Shown in pieces: positions 38,368-47,860 of a stretch of DNA of 64,000 bases. The notes below the pieces were generated by a model. That model did no database searches and was not told the origin of the DNA. It was given only the letters and a program-made list of their open reading frames with translations. Position numbers and translations under genes: made by a program. Origin of the DNA: Alphaproteobacteria bacterium (lineage in GTDB: Bacteria > Pseudomonadota > Alphaproteobacteria > Bin95); NCBI GenBank assembly GCA_963665325.3, contig CAXXWS020000003.1:480001-544000 (forward strand). Direction: 5' to 3'. The first letter of the stretch is position 1. Every line of letters starts with the position of its first letter.

Positions 38368-38928
38368 ATGGCATTGACCGCCATCCAGATCGCGAGCCAG
38401 GCGCTCGTCCGGCTGGGCGCGCTGCCGATTTCCGATTTCGCGGAGCCAGTGCTCGAGGCGCGCACCGCCGCCGCGCTCTACCCGACGCTCCGCGACACGC
38501 TGATCGCCGGCCATGCCTGGCGCTTCGCCACGGCGGAGGCCGAGCTCGATCCGGCGGACGAGGCGCCGTTGCCCGGTTTCGCGCATGTCTTCCGGCTGCC
38601 GGCCGATTTCCTGAACGTGCTGGCCGTGGAGGGCGGGCGCGAGACCGGCTGGCGCATTGCCGGCGGAAAGCTGCACGCCCATCCGGCGGCGGTGCGGCTC
38701 GCCTATCTCTTCCGCGCCGACGAGGCCGAGTTCCCGCCCTGGTTCGCGGACGCGCTTGCCGCCGCCCTTGCCGCCGCCTTCTGCCTGCCGGTGACGGAGA
38801 ATGCGTCGCGCGCCGAGGCGCTGGCGCGTCTTGCCGAAACGGCGCTCCGCCGCGCCCGGCGCATCGACGCGCTGCACGACCCGGCGCCCGCGCCCGCGCA
38901 CTTCCCGCTGATCGAGGTGCGGGCATGA
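38368..38928 (+). CDS. Tail tubular protein A / adaptor (T7 gp11-like)
   Basis: IASQALVRLGALPI, HAWRFA, FRLPADFL.VL, FPPWFADAL.AALAA. Confidence 0.85.
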   Translation: MALTAIQIASQALVRLGALPISDFAEPVLEARTAAALYPTLRDTLIAGHAWRFATAEAELDPADEAPLPGFAHVFRLPADFLNVLAVEGGRETGWRIAGGKLHAHPAAVRLAYLFRADEAEFPPWFADALAAALAAAFCLPVTENASRAEALARLAETALRRARRIDALHDPAPAPAHFPLIEVRA

Positions 38929-40802
38929 CGCGGATCAACACGCTCAAGACCTCGTTCGGCGCGGGCGAGCTCGCGCCGCGCCTCGCGGGGCGTCCGGACC
39001 TCGCCGCCTATCGCGACGGCGCGCGCCGGCTCCGCAATGTTGCGGTCCATGCGACGGGCGGTCTGTCGCGGCGGCCGGGGCTCGCCTTCGTCGAGGCCGC
39101 GCCCGGACCCGGCCGGCTCGCCGCCTTCGAGTTCAACACGGAGGAGAGCTACCTGCTGCTGTTCACCGACCGGGCGCTGCGCATCTACAGAAACGGCAAC
39201 CGGACCGCTCTCATTGCCGCACCCTGGCGGGAAGCGGACCTGGCGCAGATCAACTGGACGCAGACGGCGGACACGCTGCTGGTCGTCCATCCCGACTACC
39301 CGCCGCAGACCGTGACGCGCCGGGCGGGGGAGGACTGGCGGATCGCGCCCTGGGAATGGGCCGGGCGCGCCGGCAGGTCGGGGCAGCCCTACCACCGCTA
39401 CGCTCCGCCTTCGGTCACGCTCGCGCCGTCCGGGGCCTCGGGACGCATCCGCTTGACGGCGTCGGCGGATGTCTTCGCGGCCGAGGATACGGGCCAGGTC
39501 TTCCGGATCGGCGCAGACGAGGTTCGGATCGTGCAGGTCGTGTCGGCCACGGAGGTGGAAGCGGATGCGGTCGGCACGCTTTCGGGCGGAACGGCAGCGA
39601 CAGCGGACTGGCGCGAGCCCGCCTTCTCGCCCCGGCGCGGCTGGCCGGTCTCGGTCGTGTTCCACCAGAACCGGCTGGTCATCGGCGGCGCGCGCTCCCT
39701 GCCGGACCGGATCTGGCTCTCGCGCACAGGGGCCTTCTTCGACTTCGACACCGGCACGGGGCTCGACGACGAGGCCATCGCCTTCCCGCTGCTCGCGGAC
39801 CAGGCGAATGCGGTGCGCGCGGTCGTCTCCGGGCGGCATCTGCAGGTTTTCACCTCAGGCGCGGAATGGGCCGTCTACGGCGACCCGCTGACCCCCGCCT
39901 CGATCCAGCTTCGCCGGCAGACGCGCATCGGCTCGCCGGCCGACCGCGCCGTCCGCCCGGTCGATGTCGAGGGGGCGGTGCTTTTCCTTGCCCGCAACGG
40001 GCGGGAGCTGCGCGAGTTCCTGTTTGCCGATGCCGAGCTCGCCTACCGGGCGCAGGACCTGGCGTTGCTCGCGAGCCATCTGTTCGCAGCACCGGCGGAG
40101 CTGGCCTGGGACGGCGCATCCCGGCGCCTGCTGGTCGTCATGGGCGACGGTTCGATCGCCGCGCTTACCGCCTGGCGGGCGGAGGGCATCCATGCCTGGA
40201 CACGGTTCGAGACCGACGGGGCGTTCCGGTCGGCCGCGGTTGCGGGCGGCGCGGCCTGGGCGCTGGTCGAGCGCGAGGGCCGGTTCTCGGTAGAGCGTTT
40301 CGACGAGGTGCTCGGCGTGGACGCGGCGGTCTCCGGGACGGCGCCGAACCCCACCCGCGCCTGGGGCGGCCTCGCCCATCTGGAAGGGCGGACGGTCGCG
40401 GCCGTCGCGGACGGACGGGCGCTCCCGGGGCTCCGGGTCTCGGGCGGACGCATCCTGCTCGACGCTCCGGCGGGCCATGTGCAGGCCGGCCTCGCCTTTG
40501 CGCACAGGGTCGAACCGCTCGTTCCCGGCGTCCAGCTTGCGCGCGGCGCGATGCAGGGCGTGGCGCACCGGGCCGTGCGGGTGGTGCTGCGCCTCGAGAG
40601 CACCGAGGCGCTTCGGTGCGACACGGGCTTCGGATTTCGCCGGGCCGCGCTCGGCGACGACCCTTTCACGGGCGACATCTCCCTCGGCGCGGGCGGCTGG
40701 CGGCGCGACGGCGCGGCGCCGCTCTGGCGAATCGAGGACGAGAGCCCGCTTCCCTTCCACCTCCTTTCCGCTTCAACCGAACTCAAGGTGACCGACATAT
40801 GA
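38925..40802 (+). CDS. Tail tubular protein B / nozzle (T7 gp12-like)
   Basis: TSFGAGELAPRL.GR.DL, NV...TGGLSRRPGL, QTADTLLVVHPD, GWP.SV.FHQNRL, IWLSRTG.FFDF, LQVFTSGAEW, HAWTR. Confidence 0.88.
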   Translation: MTRINTLKTSFGAGELAPRLAGRPDLAAYRDGARRLRNVAVHATGGLSRRPGLAFVEAAPGPGRLAAFEFNTEESYLLLFTDRALRIYRNGNRTALIAAPWREADLAQINWTQTADTLLVVHPDYPPQTVTRRAGEDWRIAPWEWAGRAGRSGQPYHRYAPPSVTLAPSGASGRIRLTASADVFAAEDTGQVFRIGADEVRIVQVVSATEVEADAVGTLSGGTAATADWREPAFSPRRGWPVSVVFHQNRLVIGGARSLPDRIWLSRTGAFFDFDTGTGLDDEAIAFPLLADQANAVRAVVSGRHLQVFTSGAEWAVYGDPLTPASIQLRRQTRIGSPADRAVRPVDVEGAVLFLARNGRELREFLFADAELAYRAQDLALLASHLFAAPAELAWDGASRRLLVVMGDGSIAALTAWRAEGIHAWTRFETDGAFRSAAVAGGAAWALVEREGRFSVERFDEVLGVDAAVSGTAPNPTRAWGGLAHLEGRTVAAVADGRALPGLRVSGGRILLDAPAGHVQAGLAFAHRVEPLVPGVQLARGAMQGVAHRAVRVVLRLESTEALRCDTGFGFRRAALGDDPFTGDISLGAGGWRRDGAAPLWRIEDESPLPFHLLSASTELKVTDI

Positions 40803-41215
40803 GCGCACTTCTTCCCGTAGCCCTGGCGGCGGGCAATGCCCTGCTCGCCGAAGCCTCCGCCGCCGAGACGGCCTCCCGGCGCCGCGCCGCCGCGAATGCC
40901 CAGGCGGCCGACCTCCGCGCCCGCACGGACGAACGGGAACGCCTGCGCCGCCGCCGGCTGAAGCAGGCGCTCGCCCGGGCCCGGGCGCGGTTCGGCGCGG
41001 CCGGCACCGGCTCCGCCGGCGGGTCCGCCGCCGCCCTGCTCGGAGGGCTTGCGGCCGAAAGCGAGCGGGAGGGCCGCCATGCCGGGAATGCGGCCTCCCG
41101 CCGGCTCGCCGCGCTCGGGGCCGACCGGGCCCATGCGGGCCGGCTCGACCGGCTGGGCCTCCTGCGCCGCGCGGGCGGGCTGCTCGCGCCGCGTCCCGCG
41201 GGGCGGCGCGGCTGA
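40799..41215 (+). CDS. Putative internal virion/ejection protein (T7 gp14-like)
   Basis: Ala-rich helical protein with ARARFGAAGTGSAGGSA motif; ATG overlaps the tail B stop. Confidence 0.55.
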   Translation: MSALLPVALAAGNALLAEASAAETASRRRAAANAQAADLRARTDERERLRRRRLKQALARARARFGAAGTGSAGGSAAALLGGLAAESEREGRHAGNAASRRLAALGADRAHAGRLDRLGLLRRAGGLLAPRPAGRRG

Positions 41216-41227
41216 CGGGCGGCGGCC

Positions 41228-41407
41228 TTGGATGCGCTCTCACTCCGGGTCTTCGCCGAATACGGGCCGCTCGCCCTCGGCTGGGGGCTCGCGGCCTGGC
41301 TGCTGCACCGCGATGCCCGCGGCCGCCAGCAAGTGCTCGATGTCATCGTCGCCAACACGCGCGCGCTCGCCGTGCTGGCCGAGAAGATCGACGCGCTCAG
41401 GCGGTAG
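41228..41407 (+). CDS. Small holin-like membrane protein
   Basis: 59 aa read manually: (M)DALSLRVFAEYGPLALGWGLAAWLLHRD..VIVANTRALAVLAEKIDALRR (TM plus coiled coil). Confidence 0.5.
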   Translation: MDALSLRVFAEYGPLALGWGLAAWLLHRDARGRQQVLDVIVANTRALAVLAEKIDALRR

Positions 41408-41417
41408 CGGGGGCCGC

Positions 41418-41461
41418 CCTTCGATACGCGCCCGCTTGCGCGGTCGCTACTCAGGGTGAGG
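41418..41461. repeat. Half copy of a REP-like repeat
   Basis: CCTTCGATACGC..GCTACTCAGGGTGAGG, near-identical to 45833-45876. Confidence 0.7.
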
Positions 41462-41676
41462 GAAAAGCCGGGAGTGGCGGTCCGGGCCCTCCCTCTTCGC
41501 GAGTAGCGGCGCTCCCCGGCTACCGGCCGCTGCTTACGATCCGCTATCCAATCCAACGGAGGTTCGATGAACCCCACCTTCCCTGCTTTTCTCGATGCCT
41601 GGAACCGCAGCCAGAATCTGGCGACGCCCGCGCTTCACCGGAACATCGCCGAATGGTTCGGCCGCCGGATCGCTAG

Positions 41677-43746
41677 CCCAAGTTTAACAGAGCATTTTGA
41701 AGATCATTGATTATCAATGCCTTACGGAGCAATAATTTCGCGTCTGGCACTACATTTCGGTTATTTCGCCCGGTTCGGGATCAGACGATCATTTTCCTGA
41801 TGCCTCCAGGGGCGGGGTCGATGCCGAGCGCGCGATAGATTTCTTGCTGTTCGGGCTCGGCCCGTGTGGCCTTGCGGACATGCAAGGTGCGTCCGTCCTT
41901 GCGCCTGAAGGTCGCGGTGACCCGCTGCTGGCCTTCGAGGATGGCTCGCAGGCTGGCCCAGCTGGCGTGTTCGCCGTGCTCGGCGAGGCGCCGGCGGATG
42001 GTCTGCACCATCTGGTAGGCGATCACGGTGATGAACAGGTGGCCGTCGGAGCGCCTCTGGGTCTGGTGGAAGATGGGGCGCAGGCCGAGTTCCGACTTGA
42101 GCGATCGGAACACCGCCTCCACATCGGTGAGCGAGGTATAGGTCCGCCACAGCGCCTCCTCGTCCCAGTCCTCGACGTTGGTGCGCAGGCAGTAAACGCC
42201 GGGATGGGTGGCCATGGTGCCGGCGAGCGGGCGGCGCTCCCATGTGACGGCCCGGGCCTTCTCGCCGCTTTCGTCGGCGATGACGTCGATGTCGTAGTGG
42301 GCCGCGGCGCCGCGGCTCTTCTCCCTGATCCGGCCGATCCGCTGCCAGACATGGTCGAGCCGCTTGCGGGTGCGCGGCCGCTTGAGGCCGTCGTGGAGCT
42401 TCTGCATCTCGCCCTCGAAGCGCGCGGCGAAGCGGTTTGCGATGCCCTGTTCCTTCTTCGCCCGCGCCTCGGAGTAGCAGTAGAGCCGCGCCTCTCCAGC
42501 TTCGGCGTCGACCGCCTTGTGGACATGGACCGTCTGGCGCGACCGGGTCTCGATGGCCAGCGCCAGCTCGGGATCGAAGCGGCGGGTGCGTTCCCGGCTG
42601 ACCGCGAGATAGCGGTAGCCGTTCGCGCGCAGCCAGGCGATGTTGGCCTCGGTGGCGATCCCCGCATCCATCACCACCAGCGCGTCCGCCGGCGCGCCCA
42701 GGGCGCCGAGCATCGACGCCAGGGTCCTGTCTTCGTTGACCGCGCCCGAGAACACCTCGGAGCGGCGCACGAAGCCCGAGCCGTCGAGCACCAGCCCCAG
42801 GGTCAAGAGCGGGCAATCCGAGCGCTTCTCCTTGGAATGGCCGCGTTCGGCCTTGGCCTGGGCCGCCGCCGCGCCCTCGAAGAAGGTGTTGGTCAGGTCG
42901 TACAGCGTCACCGTGTGGCGCAGGCCGAACAGATCCGTCGCCCGATCGAACAGATGCGCCTCGATCGCCGCGCGCTGCGCCATCAGGGCGTCGGAGGCGC
43001 GGTACAGGCGCATCATGCTCATGCGCTCGAAGTCCACCCCCAGCAACTCGCCGAGCGCCGAACGCTCGCACAGCCAGCGCCAGGAGGCGCGCTCCGAGCC
43101 CGGCGCCGCCATGCGCGCGATCACGGTGGCCATGGCGAGCGCGCGCTGCGTGCCGTTGAAGCCCAGGCGCTCCAGCAAAGCCTCCAGGCCGAGCCGCTCC
43201 ATGGCCCACAGCCCGACATGCTCGACGCCGACCGAACGCGGGCGGATCAGCTCCAGGGAGCCGACATCCACCGTCTGCAGGTCAGGGCGCCCGGTCCCGC
43301 CGGACGGCGCGCTGTTGAGCAATTGCGCGGCGATGCGCTGGGCGTGCCGCTCGACCTCCTCCGGACAGGACAGCGAAACCAGCTCGGCCTGGCGGTCGAG
43401 CTGCTGCTGGATCCGGCTGCACAGCACCGCCCAGTGCCGCCGCTCGACAGGGAAGTCGCTCCCCAGGTTGAGCAGGGTGCGCTGGCGGATCTTCCCGCCG
43501 TCGCGCTCCGAGCGAACAAGGCGATGGGAATAATAGACCTCGCCGCGCTCGCCGGTTCCGGTCCTGGTGCGGCGAATGAACATGGCGCACAGCATAGGAG
43601 CGGGCGCAAGGTCTCGAAATCCCCAAGTGAAAATATTATGGCACTACATTGCGCCCCCGGAAACCTCAATCCAGCAATATCAATGGCTTGATGACACCGC
43701 GCCGGCCAACCTCGACAAAATCGGCCACCAAAACGTTAAACTTGGG
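41677..43746 (-). mobile_element. IS1634-family insertion sequence
   Basis: Terminal IRs CCCAAGTTTAAC / GTTAAACTTGGG; CTAG duplicated at 41673-41676 and 43747-43750. Confidence 0.93.
41781..43583 (-). CDS. IS1634 transposase
   Basis: RQRTLLNLG, YDLTNTFFEG, GHSKEKRSD, VMDAGI, VEAVFRSLKSELGLRPIFHQ. Confidence 0.94.
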   Translation of the reverse strand: MFIRRTRTGTGERGEVYYSHRLVRSERDGGKIRQRTLLNLGSDFPVERRHWAVLCSRIQQQLDRQAELVSLSCPEEVERHAQRIAAQLLNSAPSGGTGRPDLQTVDVGSLELIRPRSVGVEHVGLWAMERLGLEALLERLGFNGTQRALAMATVIARMAAPGSERASWRWLCERSALGELLGVDFERMSMMRLYRASDALMAQRAAIEAHLFDRATDLFGLRHTVTLYDLTNTFFEGAAAAQAKAERGHSKEKRSDCPLLTLGLVLDGSGFVRRSEVFSGAVNEDRTLASMLGALGAPADALVVMDAGIATEANIAWLRANGYRYLAVSRERTRRFDPELALAIETRSRQTVHVHKAVDAEAGEARLYCYSEARAKKEQGIANRFAARFEGEMQKLHDGLKRPRTRKRLDHVWQRIGRIREKSRGAAAHYDIDVIADESGEKARAVTWERRPLAGTMATHPGVYCLRTNVEDWDEEALWRTYTSLTDVEAVFRSLKSELGLRPIFHQTQRRSDGHLFITVIAYQMVQTIRRRLAEHGEHASWASLRAILEGQQRVTATFRRKDGRTLHVRKATRAEPEQQEIYRALGIDPAPGGIRKMIV

Positions 43747-45123
43747 CTAGGGGTACGCGGCGCATGCTGCTGCTGGCCTTCCGGGGCTCCGGCAAATCGA
43801 CCCTGCTCGGCCTGCTTGCGGCCTGGATGCTCAGGCGCGACCCGGACCGGCGCATCCTGGTGCTGGCGGCGGAGGCGGCGCTGGCGTCCAAGACGGTGCG
43901 CACGGTGCGCCGCATCCTGGAGCGCCATCCGCTGACGGAAGCGCTCCGGCCCGACCGGCCCGAGGAATGGGCGGCCGACCGGCTGACCGTGCCGCGCCGG
44001 CTCGTCTCGCGCGACCCCTCGCTGCTGGCGCGCGGCATCGGTGCCAATATCACCGGAAGCCATGCCGATATTGCGATCTGCGACGATGTCGAGGTGCCCA
44101 ACACCTGCGGCACGCCGGCGAAGCGGGCCGACCTGCGCGCCCGGCTCTCGGAGATCGACTATGTGCTGAGCCCCGGCGGCTTCCAGATCTACAGCGGCAC
44201 GCCGCACAGCTACTACTCCATCTATGCCGGGGACCCGCGGCCGGAGGAAGGCGACAAACGGCCGTTCCTGCACGACTTCCGACGGAAGGAGAAGAAACTC
44301 ACGAAGAATGCGTGGCCGGAACGCTTTCCGGCGAAAACGATCCGTGCGATCCGCAAGCGCGCGGGCCCGGCGCGCTTTGCGAGCCAGATGCTGCTCGAGC
44401 CCGTGCAGTCGGAGGACGGACGGCTGAACGCCGAATGGCTGCGCCGCTACGAGGAGGCGATCGACTACAGCGAGGTGAACGGCAAGCCCGTGCTGCGACT
44501 GGCCGGCCGGCGGCTGGTCTCCGCCTCGGCCTGGCTGGACCCCTCCTTCGGCAGGCGGGACAAGGGCGACGCCTGCGTTCTCGCCGCGGTGTTCACCGAC
44601 GAGGACGGCCGGCGCCTGCTGCACCGGGTGGCCTATCTCTATTACGACCCGAAGAACGACCGCGACGGCGCGGCGAAGCAGTTGTGCCGGCAGGCGGCCG
44701 CCCATGCGCGCAAGCTGCTGCTGCCGGTCGTCCATGTGGAGTCCAACGGCATGGGGGCATGGATCCCGAAAATCCTGGAACGGGAACTGGCGCGCGAGGG
44801 GCACGGCGCCACGGTCATCGGCATCCCCAACAGCCGGCCGAAGCATGAGCGCATCCTGGAGGCATTCGATGCGCCGCTCGCCGCCAATGCGCTGTGGGCC
44901 CATGCCAGCGTGTTCAAGTCCTCCTTCCTGCGCGAACTGAGGGAATGGCGGCCGGAGAACCGGAACGGCCCTGACGACGGGCTGGACGCAGCCGCCTGCG
45001 CGTTGCTGGCGGAGCCGGACCGCATCCGCCGGCTCGGCCGCGCGCCGCGCCTGGAATGGCGGGAGCACGCAAGCCCCGGCCGGGCCCGCACCGATTTCCG
45101 CATCTGACGAAGGAGGAAACCCC

Positions 45124-45672
45124 ATGATTCCCGCACTTCTCGCCCGGATCGGGCTGCCGCTGATCGCGCGCCTCGCCGGCGCCGGCCTGGAGGCGCTCGA
45201 CAACCCGGCGGCCGACGCCGCCGCAAAGGCGCTCCGCGAGGTGGACGGCGTGCTTCGCAGCGGCGGCGTCGCCCCGGAGGCGCTCGAGGCCGCGAACCGG
45301 CGCATCGAGGTGAAGGCGCGCTCGCGTGAGGCGCAGACCGCCTGGCGCGAGGTCAACGCCACCATGCGCGCCGAGACCCGTGCCGAGGATGCCTATGTGC
45401 GCCGCTGGCGGCCGACCTTCGGCTATGCGGTGACGGCCGCCTGGGCGCTGCAGATGGCCGCCATCGCCTGGGCGGTGGTCGCCCACCCGCCGGACGCGCC
45501 GGCGATCCTGGCGGCCGCAGCCTCGCTCAGCGCCATGTGGGGCGTGGCGCTGGCGGTGCTGGGCGTGGCCGTGCATGAACGCTCGCGCGACAAGGCGCTC
45601 GCCGCCGGCCAGCCTGCTTCCGGTCTCGCGAGCCTGGCCGCCGCCCTGCTGGACCGCCGGAAGGCGGAGTAA
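45124..45672 (+). CDS. 3TM-type holin (family described for gene-transfer release)
   Basis: VNATMRAE..EDAYVRRWRPTFGY plus TM helices and RSRDK; AGGAGG RBS. Confidence 0.85.
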   Translation: MIPALLARIGLPLIARLAGAGLEALDNPAADAAAKALREVDGVLRSGGVAPEALEAANRRIEVKARSREAQTAWREVNATMRAETRAEDAYVRRWRPTFGYAVTAAWALQMAAIAWAVVAHPPDAPAILAAAASLSAMWGVALAVLGVAVHERSRDKALAAGQPASGLASLAAALLDRRKAE

Positions 45673-45737
45673 TACCAGCGGCGGTTGCTCGGAACCGATA
45701 GCGAGGGCGCCCCTGCCGTCGGCCCGGTGCTCTTCCA

Positions 45738-45876
45738 CCTCATCCCGAGTAGCGGTGTCAGCCGTTTTCCCCTCATCCCGAGTAGCGGCGCCAGCCGCGT
45801 ATCGAGGGAGGCGTTTCCACCGGCGGGACGGTCCTTCGATACGCACCCGCTGGCGCGGGCGCTACTCAGGATGAGG
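45738..45876. repeat. REP-like palindromic element closing the phage-like cluster
   Basis: CCTCATCCCGAGTAGC (x2)..CGTATCGA ... TCGATACG..GCTACTCAGGATGAGG nested IRs. Confidence 0.8.
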
Positions 45877-45903
45877 AGAGGGCCGGGACGCCGGCGCCCC
45901 TGC

Positions 45904-46698
45904 TCAGTAGGGGCTGCCGGAGATGTTGCTGTCGGCCATCTTGCCCTTGAGGGCCGCGACCGCGGCCATGGCGCTCATGGCCATCAGGCGGCTGTCATTG
46001 GCGATGGTCGCGAGCTGGAAGCCCTTTTCGAACATCCGCGCGGCGTATTCGGGCGAGCCGCAATGCAGGCCGGCCGGCACGCCGTGCTTCTTCGCGCCTG
46101 CGAGGATGGTGTCGATGGCTGCGACCACCTCCGGCACCTCGGTGTCGAGCTGCGGCGCATGGCCGAGCGAGAGCGAGAGGTCCGACGGGCCGACATAGAT
46201 GCCGTCGAGGCCCGGCGTGGACAGGATGGCGTCCAGATTGTCGATTGCCTGCTGCGTCTCGATCATCGCGATCGCCAGCACCGTGTCGTTGGCATGCTCG
46301 CCGTAGTCCGCGCCGGCATACATGACCGCGCGGATCGGCCCGAAGCTGCGCGAGCCCTTGGGCGCGTAGTTGCAGCAGGCGACCAGCAGCTCGCATTCCG
46401 AGCGGGTGTTGATCATCGGGCAGATGATGCCGTAGCTGCCGGCGTCGAGCAGCTTCTGGATGATGCCCGGCTCCAGCCACGGCACGCGCGCCATGGGCGT
46501 CGCGTCGGAAAGCGAGATCGCCTGCAGCATGGGCACGGCGGCGGTGTAATCGACCATGCCGTGCTGAAGGTCGATGGTGACGCTGTCCCAGCCGCAGCTG
46601 GCCATGACCTCGGCCGAGTAGCCGTTCGGGATCGCGAGCCAGCCATTGACGACCGCGCCGCCGGCTTTCCAGGTTTCGAGGACGTTGTTCTTGCGCAT
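45904..46698 (-). CDS. HpcH/HpaI aldolase family protein
   Basis: IDLQHG, RVPW, GSRSFGP, MIET, YVGPSDL. Confidence 0.92.
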   Translation of the reverse strand: MRKNNVLETWKAGGAVVNGWLAIPNGYSAEVMASCGWDSVTIDLQHGMVDYTAAVPMLQAISLSDATPMARVPWLEPGIIQKLLDAGSYGIICPMINTRSECELLVACCNYAPKGSRSFGPIRAVMYAGADYGEHANDTVLAIAMIETQQAIDNLDAILSTPGLDGIYVGPSDLSLSLGHAPQLDTEVPEVVAAIDTILAGAKKHGVPAGLHCGSPEYAARMFEKGFQLATIANDSRLMAMSAMAAVAALKGKMADSNISGSPY

Positions 46699-46712
46699 GT
46701 TTCTTGCGTTCC

Positions 46713-47693
46713 TTAGCCGAGGACTTCCTTGTTGATCACATGGGCGGGGACGGGCTTGCCGTCGAAGACGTCGATGACGTTCTGGCAGGTGACCATAGCC
46801 ATGCGGTCCATCGATTCCTGCGTCACGCCCGCCGAATGGGGCGAGAGCAGCACATTGTCCATGGTGAAGAGCGGGTTGCCGGGGAGCGGCGGCTCCGGGT
46901 CGAACACGTCGATGCCGGCCGCCAGGATGGTCCGGTTCTGCAGCGCCTCGATCAGCGCGGCCTCGTTCACGATGCCGCCGCGCGCGGTGGTGACGACGAT
47001 CGCGGTGGGCTTCATCCGCGCGAGCTGCGCCGCGCCGATCATGCCGTAGGTTTCCTCGTTGCGCGGGCAGTGCACGGTGACGAAATCCGCCTCCGCCAAT
47101 GCCGCGTCGAGATCGTCCACCGGCTCCGCGTCCGCCGCGCGCACCGCCGCTGCATCCGCATAGGGGTCATAGACCTGCACATCCATCTCGAAGCCGACCG
47201 CGCGCTTCACCGTGCGCGAGCCGATGCGACCGAAGCCCACGACCAGAAGCCGCTTTTCGTAGAGATCGAGGGCCGAATACTCGTTCCGGACCCCGAAATT
47301 CCCGGCCGCCACGCCCGCATGGTATTGGCGCGCCATCTTGGCGAGGTCGAGCATCATGAACATGGCGTGCTCGGCCACGGTCACCGAATTGGCGGTGCCG
47401 GCGACCATCAACGGCACGCCGCGCTCGGTCAGCGCCGGCACGTCCACAGAGTCGAAGCCGACGCCGAAGCGCGAGCAGACTTCGAGATTGGGCGTGGCCG
47501 CGATCAGCTCGCGGGTATAGCGCGTGCCGAACAGCGTGATCCCGTGGATATCGCCCAGATGCGCGACCAGATCCAGATCCGGTCCCTCATGGACGATCTC
47601 GACCTCGATGTCGTCGCGCGCCGCAAACAGGTCGAGTCCCGCTTTCGGCATGCCCTGCACGCAGAGCACCTTGCGCATGTTCGTTGCGTTCAT
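46713..47693 (-). CDS. D-2-hydroxyacid dehydrogenase (SerA-like)
   Basis: RFGVGFD, VGFGRIG, TARGGIV, DVFDPEP, SPHSAG. Confidence 0.92.
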   Translation of the reverse strand: MNATNMRKVLCVQGMPKAGLDLFAARDDIEVEIVHEGPDLDLVAHLGDIHGITLFGTRYTRELIAATPNLEVCSRFGVGFDSVDVPALTERGVPLMVAGTANSVTVAEHAMFMMLDLAKMARQYHAGVAAGNFGVRNEYSALDLYEKRLLVVGFGRIGSRTVKRAVGFEMDVQVYDPYADAAAVRAADAEPVDDLDAALAEADFVTVHCPRNEETYGMIGAAQLARMKPTAIVVTTARGGIVNEAALIEALQNRTILAAGIDVFDPEPPLPGNPLFTMDNVLLSPHSAGVTQESMDRMAMVTCQNVIDVFDGKPVPAHVINKEVLG

Positions 47694-47860
47694 GGGGAAA
47701 CGCCCCCTCCCGTTCCCTCGCGGCGGCGTATAACGCCGCCACCCGAATAATTCGCCGCGTTCCGCGCGGCGGCTGCCCCTGCCATAATCCAGCCGGCCGC
47801 GAAATGCAAAGGCGCGCGGGCCGCACTTGGGGGGAGACGGTCTATGACGGAGCCGGCAGC

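Larger units (their letters stand above)
41567..45107 (+). pseudogene. terL: Terminase large subunit interrupted by IS1634
   Basis: Removing the IS and one CTAG restores MNPTFPAFLDAWNRSQNLATPALHRNIAEWFGRRIARGTRRMLLLAFRGSGKST; Walker B ICDDVE, GTPH, nuclease LDPS, VESNG, DDGLDA. Confidence 0.9.

Noticed and set aside
32586-45876. Complete inducible prophage
   Set aside because: No integrase, att repeats or replication module were seen and it is too small; kept as a GTA-like or remnant element instead.
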